From an uncultured Actinomycetota bacterium (GTDB lineage Bacteria; Actinomycetota; Actinomycetes; JAHEKZ01), in NCBI GenBank assembly GCA_963718235.1, contig CAVQYR010000001.1, forward strand, positions 1,280,001-1,344,000: a stretch of DNA of 64,000 nt. The letters run 5' to 3'. Position numbers and translations under genes: made by a program. Below, piece by piece: positions 31,411 to 40,020 of the stretch. The notes beneath the pieces are model-generated. The model saw only the letters and a program-made list of their open reading frames with translations. It ran no database searches and was not told where the DNA came from. Position 1 is the stretch's first letter, and each line of letters begins with the position of its first letter.

Positions 31411-33084
31411 CTACAGGAAGTACAACCGGTTCAGGCTCACCGACTGCGCGGGCTCTGCGGTCAGCAGCTCGCCGTCGAACCGCACGGTTGCCTGTCTCGG
31501 GTCGACCTGGGTACGGCCGATCGTGTCGTTGCGCACCATGTCAGCCAGGCCGATCCCGCGGCAGTGGCGCACCGCGACCCGCTTCCGGTGGGTCTTCATC
31601 CGGTCGGCGTCGTTCTGCAGGGCCGCCTCACTGACGAAGGCCACGGCCAGGTCCGGGGCAGCCAGGCCGTGGGCGCCGAACTGGGGGCCGAGGACCAACG
31701 GCTCGGCCCGGTCGACGCTGGCGTTGGGGTCACCGGTGACGCCCCAGGCGGGGAAGCCGGCCTTCAGGACAAGGTGCGGCTTGGCGCCGAAGAAGACGGG
31801 CTCCCACAGCACGATGTCAGCGAGCTTGCCCGGCTCGACTGAGCCGATCTCGTGCGACAACCCGTGAGCGATGGCCGGGTTGATCGTGAGCTTGGCCAGG
31901 TACCGCAGCACCCGGTGGTTGTCATGGCGGTCGTCGTCGGGTCCGCGGTCGAGCCGGTTCTTGCCGGCGAGGGCGAAGGTGCGTCGGACGGTCTCCCCGG
32001 CCCGTCCCATGCCCTGCGCGTCGGATGACGTGATCGGAATCACGCCGAGGTCGTGCAGGACGTCCTCGGCCGCCATCGTGGTGCCGCGGATGCGGTCCTG
32101 CGCCAGCTTGAGGTCGGTCGGCAGGTCACGCTTGAGACCGTGGCTGGCGACGATCATGTCGAGGTGCTCGGCGACGGCGTCACGTCCGTAGGGCAGCGTC
32201 GGGTTGGTCGACGAGCCGATCACGTTGCTGACCCCGGCGAGGGTCAAGACATCGGGTACGTGTCCTCCGCCGCAGCCCTCAACGTGGAACGCGTGGATCG
32301 TGCGGCCGTCGATCGCCGCCAGCGTGTCGGCCACCGAGAGGCTCTCGTTCAGCCCGTCGGTGTGCAACGCCACCTGTACGTCGAAGTCCTCGGCGACCCG
32401 AAGTGCGGTGTCCAGGGCACGCAGGTGGGCACCCGTGTCCTCGTGCACCTTGAACCCACAGGCCCCTCCTTCGACCAGTGCCTCCACCAGTGGCGCCTGA
32501 GTGGACGACGACCCACGGCCGAGGAAGCCGATGTTGACCGGCCAGGCGTCGAAGGCGTCGAAGGCGGTGGCGATCCCCCAGGGGGAGTTCACGCCCACGC
32601 CCCACACCGGTCCGAACTCCTGCCCCAGGATGGTGGTCACTCCTGAGGAAAGGGCGGCCTCCATGATCCGCGGTGACATCAGGTGCACGTGGGTGTCGAT
32701 CGCACCGGCCGTGGCGATCAGCCCCTCGCCGCTCACGACGGCCGTTCCGGTACCGACCACGACGTCGACGTCGTCCAAGGTGTCGGGGTTGCCGGCCCGA
32801 CCGATCGACACGATCCGGCCCTCGCGGATGCCGATCGACACCTTGCCGATCCCGATCACGGCGTCGATCAGGACGACGTTGCTGATGACGAGGTCACAGG
32901 TATCACGCACAGTTGCGGCCTTGAGGTGCATGCCGTCGCGTGCGGTCTTCCCGAAGCCCATCAAGAACTCGTCACCGGGCCGCTGTGAGTCATGCTCCAA
33001 CTCGATGACCAGCCCTGTGTCGGCGAGGTGCACGCGGTCACCCACGGTGGGTCCGTGCACGCCAGCCAGCTCCGCGCGGCTCAT
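31411..33084 (-). CDS. ureC: Urease alpha-subunit homolog with remodelled substrate pocket
   Basis: GPTVGD, DTHVH, FKVHED, LHTD.LNE, HAFHVEG.GGGH, SSTNPT, SSDAQGMGR, TINPA; flap reads MIVASHGL rather than MLMVCHHL. Confidence 0.88.
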   Translation of the reverse strand: MSRAELAGVHGPTVGDRVHLADTGLVIELEHDSQRPGDEFLMGFGKTARDGMHLKAATVRDTCDLVISNVVLIDAVIGIGKVSIGIREGRIVSIGRAGNPDTLDDVDVVVGTGTAVVSGEGLIATAGAIDTHVHLMSPRIMEAALSSGVTTILGQEFGPVWGVGVNSPWGIATAFDAFDAWPVNIGFLGRGSSSTQAPLVEALVEGGACGFKVHEDTGAHLRALDTALRVAEDFDVQVALHTDGLNESLSVADTLAAIDGRTIHAFHVEGCGGGHVPDVLTLAGVSNVIGSSTNPTLPYGRDAVAEHLDMIVASHGLKRDLPTDLKLAQDRIRGTTMAAEDVLHDLGVIPITSSDAQGMGRAGETVRRTFALAGKNRLDRGPDDDRHDNHRVLRYLAKLTINPAIAHGLSHEIGSVEPGKLADIVLWEPVFFGAKPHLVLKAGFPAWGVTGDPNASVDRAEPLVLGPQFGAHGLAAPDLAVAFVSEAALQNDADRMKTHRKRVAVRHCRGIGLADMVRNDTIGRTQVDPRQATVRFDGELLTAEPAQSVSLNRLYFL

Positions 33085-33776
33085 GAGGTGGCCTCCGCCC
33101 CGAGGTAACCACAGGCCCGGGCCTTCTCCAGGGCGCGCTCCTGCGCGCCTGGGGCGTCGAGGGGACCGTCGACCAGGCCCGCGAAGCCGACGATGACGCG
33201 GGCGCCGCCGACTGGGGTGAGCTCGACCCGCGACGTGGACCCCGGCTCGAAGTGCAGGGCCGCCCCGGCGGCGATGGCCAGTCTCTTGCCGTAGGCGGCC
33301 GCACGGTCGAAATGGAGCCGGGGGTTGACCTCGAAGAAGTGGAAGTGGGAGGTGACGCTGATCGGCACCTCTGCGGTGTTCGTGACGACCACGGCGGTGA
33401 GTGGTCCGAACTCCGGCAGGACCGGCCAGTCGTCGTGAACCATGGCCCCTGGCGCGACCTCCCCCAGTGACTCACCTCCGATCGGGTCGGGGACGACGAC
33501 GAGTCGGGAGCCGTCGTCGAACACGGCTTCGACCCAGACCTCGGTGACGATGTCGCTGACACCGGGAAGGACGTCGCCAGGTCCGAGCACCGCGCGCCCC
33601 GCCTGCAGTGCGTCGGCCAGCCTCCGCCCGTCGCGTGCTGCCTCGCACACGGTGTCGGCGACGAGTGCTGTCGCTTCGGGCACGTTGAGCCGCAAGCCGC
33701 GGGCACGGCGTCGTCGGGCCAGCTCGGCAGCGGTGAAGATCAGCAAGCGATCGCGTTCGGAAGGGGTGAGCCGCAT
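33081..33776 (-). CDS. ureAB: Fused urease gamma/beta subunit homolog
   Basis: MRLTPSE..LL...RGLRLNVPEA (gamma); SHFHFFEVNP..FDR..AYG.RL..FEPG (beta); ATGA overlap with alpha. Confidence 0.9.
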   Translation of the reverse strand: MRLTPSERDRLLIFTAAELARRRRARGLRLNVPEATALVADTVCEAARDGRRLADALQAGRAVLGPGDVLPGVSDIVTEVWVEAVFDDGSRLVVVPDPIGGESLGEVAPGAMVHDDWPVLPEFGPLTAVVVTNTAEVPISVTSHFHFFEVNPRLHFDRAAAYGKRLAIAAGAALHFEPGSTSRVELTPVGGARVIVGFAGLVDGPLDAPGAQERALEKARACGYLGAEATS

Positions 33777-33811
33777 GCCCCCGATCATGCCGTGCCAGGG
33801 GGTGAGGGACC

Positions 33812-33817
33812 TAGGCT
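33812..33817 (+). promoter_or_regulatory. Putative -10 box of the tRNA promoter
   Basis: TAGGCT 10 nt upstream of the tRNA 5' end; matches actinobacterial TANNNT. Confidence 0.45.
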
Positions 33818-33827
33818 AAGGCGCACC

Positions 33828-33901
33828 GGGGCGGTAGCTCAGTTGGTCAGAGCAGCGGACTCATAATCCGTCAGGCGTGGGTTCAAGTCCCACCCGCCCC
33901 A
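33828..33901 (+). tRNA. tRNA with CAT anticodon (probably tRNA-Ile2; elongator Met not excluded)
   Basis: Acceptor GGGGCGG/CCGCCCC + A discriminator; D arm GCTC-AGTTGGTCA-GAGC; anticodon arm GCGGA-CTCATAA-TCCGT; T arm GTGGG-TTCAAGT-CCCAC; CCA not encoded; paired 1:72, so not initiator. Confidence 0.95.
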
Positions 33902-34033
33902 CCCTTCATGGCCTGTGACCGCATGCACCAACACGACGATCGAGGCCGTCTCTTGCCAACTAGACTGATCCGACTGGCCGGCACCAGCGCCAGTGGGGTC
34001 GCTCACCGATGTCCAGGCTGACAAGGACGCGCA

Positions 34034-35686
34034 ATGGACGAAGCCGACGATCTGCCCCAGGCTGTGACCGTTGACGTTGCAGTGGTGGGAGCTGGCTTCT
34101 CCGGCCTGTACCTGCTCCACCGGCTGCGTCAGTCGGGCCTTTCCGTACGGGTCTTCGAGAAGGGCGACAGTGTTGGCGGTACATGGCACTGGAACCGCTA
34201 TCCCGGGGCCCGGTGCGACATCGAGAGCTTCGACTACTGCTTCTCGTTCTCCTCAGAGCTGCTGACTGACTGGCGGTGGAGCGAGCGCTACGCCGCCCAA
34301 CCGGAGATTCTCCAGTACCTCAACCATGTAGCCGACCGGTTCGACCTGCGCCGCGACATAGCGTTGGAGACGAACGTCGTCTCCGCGCACTTCGACGAAG
34401 GCCGGGCCTCGTGGACTCTCGAGACCAGCGGTGGCGGCCTGGTGCAAGCGCGATACTGCATCCTCGCGGCCGGCAATCTCTCGGCTGTCCAGCCACCCAA
34501 CTTCCCGGGGCTCGACACGTTCGCGGGGGACTGGTATCACACCGGCCAGTGGCCGCCCGAACCCGTCGAACTCGCCGACAAGCGAGTGGCTGTGATCGGA
34601 ACGGGATCGTCGGGAATCCAGACGATCACCGCAATCGCCCCAGTGGTCGCCCGCCTGTACGTCCTTCAACGCACGCCGAACTACAGCATGCCTGCGCACA
34701 ACCGCGCCATCGGCGAGGCGGAACGGGCAGCCGTGCTGGCTGACTGGGAACGACGACGACGGATCTGCGAGGAGTCGGACGCCGGCACGCCCCTGCCCGC
34801 GCCAACACGCAGGGCGGTCGACGTCAGCGCCGCCGAACGCGAGGCCGCCTACGAGGAGGGTTGGCGGCGTGGTGGCATCAGTGCCCTGTCAGGGGCGTTC
34901 ACCGACATGTTCACCAGCGAAGAGTCCAACTTCTTCGCTCAGGAGTTCGCTCGCCGCAAGATCCGCGAGACCGTGCATGACCACGACACCGCTGAGGTGC
35001 TGAGTCCTCGGCACCATATTGGTACCAAACGAACCTGCGTCGACACCGGCTACTTCGAGACGTTCAACCGTGACAACGTCGAGCTCGTCGACGTGAGGCA
35101 GTCACCCATCCAGGGGATCAACCGCGACGGGATTCAGACAGCCGACGCGCAAATCGACGTCGACGCCATCATCTTCGCGATCGGCTTCGACGCGATCACC
35201 GGCGCCGTCGATCAGATCGAGGTGAGGGGGAGACGGGGACAGCTCCTGAAGGATCACTGGGCGCGGGGGCCACGCACCCTCCTGGGGTTGCAGACCGCAG
35301 GCTTCCCGAACCTCTTCTTCGTCACCGGGCCGGGGAGCCCCTCCGTGCTCAGCAACATGGTCGTCTCCATCGAGCAGCACGTTGGCTGGATCGCCGAGTG
35401 CCTCGAGCGCATGCAGGAGTCCGGACACGACACCATCGAGTGCACGGCGGAGGCCGAGGACGACTGGATGAACCGGGTCGACGACCTGGCGAGTGCCACG
35501 CTCTACCCAGAGGCCGACTCCTGGTACCTGGGAGCGAATACTCCGGGAAAGCCCCGGGCGTTCACCGTGTACGTCGCCGGGTGCGGCCCCTACCGGAGAG
35601 AGTGCGACCAGGTCGTCGCAGCCGGATACCGTGGCTTCGCGATGACCAGATCGACCGAGGCGTCAGGAACGGAGAGCACGGTATGA
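34034..35686 (+). CDS. Type I Baeyer-Villiger monooxygenase (CHMO/PAMO family)
   Basis: GAGFSG, GGTWHWNRYPGARCD, fingerprint FAGDWYHTGQWP, GTGSSG, QRTP, TKR, SWYLGANTPGKPR. Confidence 0.95.
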   Translation: MDEADDLPQAVTVDVAVVGAGFSGLYLLHRLRQSGLSVRVFEKGDSVGGTWHWNRYPGARCDIESFDYCFSFSSELLTDWRWSERYAAQPEILQYLNHVADRFDLRRDIALETNVVSAHFDEGRASWTLETSGGGLVQARYCILAAGNLSAVQPPNFPGLDTFAGDWYHTGQWPPEPVELADKRVAVIGTGSSGIQTITAIAPVVARLYVLQRTPNYSMPAHNRAIGEAERAAVLADWERRRRICEESDAGTPLPAPTRRAVDVSAAEREAAYEEGWRRGGISALSGAFTDMFTSEESNFFAQEFARRKIRETVHDHDTAEVLSPRHHIGTKRTCVDTGYFETFNRDNVELVDVRQSPIQGINRDGIQTADAQIDVDAIIFAIGFDAITGAVDQIEVRGRRGQLLKDHWARGPRTLLGLQTAGFPNLFFVTGPGSPSVLSNMVVSIEQHVGWIAECLERMQESGHDTIECTAEAEDDWMNRVDDLASATLYPEADSWYLGANTPGKPRAFTVYVAGCGPYRRECDQVVAAGYRGFAMTRSTEASGTESTV

Positions 35687-37086
35687 GCAACACCGGGAAT
35701 CGCGCCCCCGCCGCCACCGATGTGCTGCGGCAACTGCAGGATGCGGGCGTTCGGACGGTGGTGGTAGGGGGTAGCGACACTCATGGCGTGATGCGTGGCA
35801 AGCGCGTGCCGATCGGGCAGCTGCCTCACCTCCTCGAGCACGGAATGGCGCTGTGCGACGTCTTCTGGGTGCTGCACATCGATGACTCAGATCGAGTCCT
35901 GCGTCCGGCGGACCACCGCGGCTACTTCCCCAACGAGGCACAGGGCTACCCGGACATCGTTGCAGCGGCAGACCTGGCGACTGCCCGGGTGGTGCCCTGG
36001 CACCCCGACACTGGGCTGCTGATCTGCGACTGGCTCCTGCCGCACGACGGCGGTCCGGTGCCGATCGCACCGCGATCGATCCTGCGCCACGTCGTCGAGC
36101 AGGCCTCCGACATGGGATATGCCGCCCTGAGTGCCCTGGAGCTCGAGTTCTACATCCTCGACGAGCCAACCGGCACTGAGCACCGCAAGCGTGCTGCCGA
36201 GCTGGTCCCCCTGCAGGAGCGGCCAAGCACGTATGGGGTGGTTTCCGGATCGAACCAGGAGCACATCGGTTCCGTGATCCGTGACCACATGATGGACTTC
36301 GGGCTTCCGATCGAAGCCTGCAACGCGGAGACCGGGCCAGGCCAGTTCGAGATCAACCTCCGCTACGGGCCGGCCGTGTCGGCTGCCGATGATGCCTTCT
36401 TGTTCAAGTCAGGCGTCAAGGAGGTGGCTGCGCAGAGCAACTGGCTGGCGACCTTCATGGCCAAGCCCCACTCCGACTGGGCTGGCAACAGCTGTCACAT
36501 CCACATGAGCCTGCGCGACCAGGAAGACCATGGAGTCCTCTTCGATGCCGATGCTCACCTCGGCGTCTCAAGAGTGATGCGCCACTTCATCGGCGGGGTC
36601 CTGAGCACGATGCGGGAGTTCACCGCGATCATGGCTCCGACCCCCAACTCCTACCGCCGCTACTCCCCGCACTCGTGGGCCGGGTCCACGGCAACCTGGG
36701 GCATCGACAACCGCAGCGCGGGCCTGCGCGCGATCATCGAGGGCGCAGAGGGCACGCGTCTCGAGCACCGTCAGGCAGGCGGCGACGTGAACCCCTACCT
36801 CGCTACGGCGGCCATGCTGGCTGGCGGCCTGCACGGGATCGAGAACGGCATCGAGCCACCTGAGCCGGCCGCTTTCGACGTGTACGTGCAGTCGGCAGAA
36901 GGGGCGCCAGCACTTCCGCGCTCGCTTCCGGAGGCGCTCGATGCGCTGGGAGGTAGTGGAGTAGCCCGTCAGTGGTTCGGGGACGACTTCGTGGATCACT
37001 TCGTCGTGATGAAACAGGCCGAGATCGACGCACAAGCCTGGTTCGTCACCGACTGGGAAGTGGCCCGCTACCTCGAGGCTCTCTGA
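35683..37086 (+). CDS. Glutamine synthetase-like gamma-glutamyl-amine ligase
   Basis: MRGKR, ELEF, ETGPGQFEINL, TFMAKP, GNSCHIHMSL, NSYRR, DNR, RLEHR..G.DVNPYL; flap HSWAG has Trp in place of the GS Glu327; ATGA overlap with BVMO. Confidence 0.9.
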   Translation: MSNTGNRAPAATDVLRQLQDAGVRTVVVGGSDTHGVMRGKRVPIGQLPHLLEHGMALCDVFWVLHIDDSDRVLRPADHRGYFPNEAQGYPDIVAAADLATARVVPWHPDTGLLICDWLLPHDGGPVPIAPRSILRHVVEQASDMGYAALSALELEFYILDEPTGTEHRKRAAELVPLQERPSTYGVVSGSNQEHIGSVIRDHMMDFGLPIEACNAETGPGQFEINLRYGPAVSAADDAFLFKSGVKEVAAQSNWLATFMAKPHSDWAGNSCHIHMSLRDQEDHGVLFDADAHLGVSRVMRHFIGGVLSTMREFTAIMAPTPNSYRRYSPHSWAGSTATWGIDNRSAGLRAIIEGAEGTRLEHRQAGGDVNPYLATAAMLAGGLHGIENGIEPPEPAAFDVYVQSAEGAPALPRSLPEALDALGGSGVARQWFGDDFVDHFVVMKQAEIDAQAWFVTDWEVARYLEAL

Positions 37087-37117
37087 CACCAAGACCACAC
37101 CCTGACCGGGAGGCGGC

Positions 37118-38038
37118 ATGGCACTTGACCCCGTGGCCGCGCGACTTCTCACCGAGGCGGCCCGTTCCGGTGAACCCAACGCGCACCTACTGCCCATCGA
37201 TGCGGCTCGCAAGAAGATCTCGAGCTTCTACGCGGCCTTCACGGGGCCGGACCTGGCCCGTGTCGAGAACTTCATGATTCCAGTCGGGGGAACCTCGATT
37301 CGTGGGCGGGCATACCTGCCCTCATCGGAGACCGGGTCACCGATCATGGTCTACTTCCACGGCGGAGGGTGGCTGCTCGGCGACATCGATGACTATGACG
37401 TCGTGGCTCGCAAGCTTGCTGCCGCCACCGGATGCGTCGTGGTGTCCGTCGACTATCGTCGCGGACCCGAGCACCGGTTCCCGGCTGCGGTCAACGATGC
37501 ATTCTGGTCCGTGCGATGGGCCGCGTCACACGCTGGCGCTCTTGGTGCCGACGGGTCAAGGATCGTGCTGGCTGGTGACAGCGCCGGTGGCAATGTCGCC
37601 GCGGTGACCGCGGCGAGATGTCGTGACGAGCACGGACCGACGATCCGTCACCAGCTGCTGGTGTACCCGGTCACCACGTGTGACCTCGACCTCGGCTTCG
37701 ACACGCAGTACGACGGTGTCGTGCTCGAGCGGGACGAGCTGCTGTGGCACCAGCACAACTACCTCAGCACACCGGACCAGAGGCTCAACCCACTTGTGTC
37801 TCCACTCCTTGCGAACCTCGCCGGTCTGCCATCTGCCACAGTCGTGCTCGCTGAGTGCGACCCGATCGCTGTGCAGGGACGACGCTATGCGGCCGCCCTT
37901 GCCGCGGCCGGAGTCCACGTGACGGTACGCGAGTATCCGGGCATGATCCATGGCTTCTTCGGCCTGGACGAGGTCTTCGACCAGGCTGCCGAGGCGATGG
38001 CCTTCGTCGCCGAATCCCTCGGCGGAACCGGATACTGA
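37118..38038 (+). CDS. HSL-family alpha/beta hydrolase (esterase)
   Basis: HGGGW, GDSAGG, ECDP, HGFF. Confidence 0.92.
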   Translation: MALDPVAARLLTEAARSGEPNAHLLPIDAARKKISSFYAAFTGPDLARVENFMIPVGGTSIRGRAYLPSSETGSPIMVYFHGGGWLLGDIDDYDVVARKLAAATGCVVVSVDYRRGPEHRFPAAVNDAFWSVRWAASHAGALGADGSRIVLAGDSAGGNVAAVTAARCRDEHGPTIRHQLLVYPVTTCDLDLGFDTQYDGVVLERDELLWHQHNYLSTPDQRLNPLVSPLLANLAGLPSATVVLAECDPIAVQGRRYAAALAAAGVHVTVREYPGMIHGFFGLDEVFDQAAEAMAFVAESLGGTGY

Positions 38039-38081
38039 TGAGCCAGCTTCCTGCCTGCCGACTCAGAACCCGGCTGTATCC

Positions 38082-38753
38082 ATGAGTGTCGCCCGGCGGC
38101 CTCCGCACCCGTTCGTGGATCAGGACCGGGCGACGCCTGTCGTTGTCCTCTGGTGTGCCGGGGCCGACCGGGGGCTCGCTCGTCGCTTGATCGGGTGTGA
38201 AGGACTGGCGAGCCTGGGGGTTCCCACCGGCGTCGCACGGGTGATCAACCTCTGCAGATCGTGTGGAAGTGCCAGCCACGGGCAGCCGGTGCTCGCCCCG
38301 ATCCCCGAGACTGTCGCGCCTCACGTGAGTATCAGCTACGCCGAAGACGTAACTGTGGTCGCGCTCACCAAGGCGGGCCCAGTCGGGGTGGACGTCGAGC
38401 GCTACGACGCGGCGTCCTTCCCCGGCTTCGAGGCAGTTGCCGCCCACGAGAAGGAGGGGATGCACGACACGCGCGCCAGAACCATCACCTGGACCCGCAA
38501 GGAGTCTCTGCTCAAAGCCACCGGGCGCGGCCTCACCGTCGACCCGCGGCTGGTGCTCCTCACCGAACCACAGAGGCCCCCGGGCCTCGTCGAGTGGACC
38601 GCGCCTGACCCACCTCATGGATCGGTGTGGATGATGGACGTCGAGATCACGAGCGCGCACGTGGCGGCTGTGACGGTGCTGTCCGAAGACCGACCCGATC
38701 TTGTTGTCAGGAGGGCAGAGCCGGCAGCTCGACCTCCGCAAGCCAGCGGGTGA
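38082..38753 (+). CDS. 4'-phosphopantetheinyl transferase (Sfp-like)
   Basis: CxxC..HGQP, VSISY, VGVDVE, WTRKES.LKATG.GL. Confidence 0.88.
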   Translation: MSVARRPPHPFVDQDRATPVVVLWCAGADRGLARRLIGCEGLASLGVPTGVARVINLCRSCGSASHGQPVLAPIPETVAPHVSISYAEDVTVVALTKAGPVGVDVERYDAASFPGFEAVAAHEKEGMHDTRARTITWTRKESLLKATGRGLTVDPRLVLLTEPQRPPGLVEWTAPDPPHGSVWMMDVEITSAHVAAVTVLSEDRPDLVVRRAEPAARPPQASG

Positions 38754-40020
38754 ACAGCTCCCCGAGATCACAGCCGGACACCTGCTCGGAGAGGTCGATG
38801 AACATTCCGGTCGTGACTGACCCGTAGGCGTTGCGCGCGACCCACTCGCGAAGGAGAGCGAAGAACGTGTCGTCGCCGACGGTCAGTCGCAGCGCGTGGA
38901 GCAGCAGAGCTCCCCGCTTGTAGACCCGGTCGTCGAACATGCACTCGGGCCCCGGATCGCCGAGCTTGAGGTCCTGCTTCTTGGCGGCAAGCTTCTTCCA
39001 GTGGTCGACGGCGCGGTCGTGCGTCGAACGGTTGCCGGACTCCTCCGACCAGAGCCACTCGCAGTAGCAGGCAAAGCCCTCGTGCAACCAGATGTCACGC
39101 CAGGTCTCGAGCGTCAGGCTGTTGCCGAACCACTGATGGGCGAGCTCATGGGCCACCAACCTCACGGACTCCCAGTCGTCGTCGAGGAAGTTGGACCCGA
39201 AGACAGAGAGCCCTTGAGCCTCGAGGGGAATGTCGAGCTCGTCGTCGGTGATGACCACGGTGTACCCGCGAAAGGGGTACGGGCCGAAACGGCGGACGAA
39301 GAAGTCGATCATCTCCGGCTGCCGGCCGAACGCACGGTCGTAGCGGTTGAGGAGGCGCTCGGGCAGGACGGCGGTGGTCGGGACCGGCGAGGTGGGCACA
39401 TCCCGCGACACATAGCGTCCGACGTGGACCGTGGCGAGGTAGGTGGCCATCGGCTCGGTCTGCTCATAGACCCAGGTGGTCGTGCTAGCCCCTCGGTGGC
39501 GACTGGCGAGAGTCCCGTTGGCCACGACGTGGTAGGCCGAGGGCGTGGTGACGGCGATCCGGTAGCTTGCCTTGTTGGTCGGCCGGTCGTTGCAGGGGAA
39601 CCAGGACGGCGCCCCATGGGTCTGGCCGGCCACGATGACCCCGTCGGTGAGCTCCTCCCAGCCCATCACGTCGCCGCCGTCGGGAATCGGCCTCGGCCGG
39701 CCGCCGTACCTGACCATCACGCGAAACAGCTCTCCCTGCTCGATCACCTCCTTGGTGCGGATGACGAGCTTGCCGCGCTTCACCGAGAATCTCGCAAGGG
39801 GTACCGCGTCGAGGCTGACCTTCGAGACCTTGAGCCCACGCAGGTCGAGTGACAGCTCGTCGAGGTCGGTGAGTGCCACGGCTTCGAGCACCGCTCGCCC
39901 ACTCAGATGGTTCGACTCCAGCTTGTAGTCGATGGTCAGGTCATAGCTGCGCACGTCGTACGAGCGGTCCCCGCTCTGCGGGAAGTAGTCGTCGGCGACG
40001 TCGGATGTGCCGGCGCTCAT
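38707..40020 (-). CDS. M1-family zinc aminopeptidase
   Basis: WFPCND, MATYL, PLEAQ, HELAHQWFGN...WLHEGFA (HExxH-x18-E), VYKRGA. Confidence 0.93.
   Translation of the reverse strand: MSAGTSDVADDYFPQSGDRSYDVRSYDLTIDYKLESNHLSGRAVLEAVALTDLDELSLDLRGLKVSKVSLDAVPLARFSVKRGKLVIRTKEVIEQGELFRVMVRYGGRPRPIPDGGDVMGWEELTDGVIVAGQTHGAPSWFPCNDRPTNKASYRIAVTTPSAYHVVANGTLASRHRGASTTTWVYEQTEPMATYLATVHVGRYVSRDVPTSPVPTTAVLPERLLNRYDRAFGRQPEMIDFFVRRFGPYPFRGYTVVITDDELDIPLEAQGLSVFGSNFLDDDWESVRLVAHELAHQWFGNSLTLETWRDIWLHEGFACYCEWLWSEESGNRSTHDRAVDHWKKLAAKKQDLKLGDPGPECMFDDRVYKRGALLLHALRLTVGDDTFFALLREWVARNAYGSVTTGMFIDLSEQVSGCDLGELFTRWLAEVELPALPS

Noticed and set aside
33880-33901. tRNA 3'-end duplication (attR) for a prophage or ICE
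   Set aside because: No second copy seen by eye and no integrase or phage genes in the window
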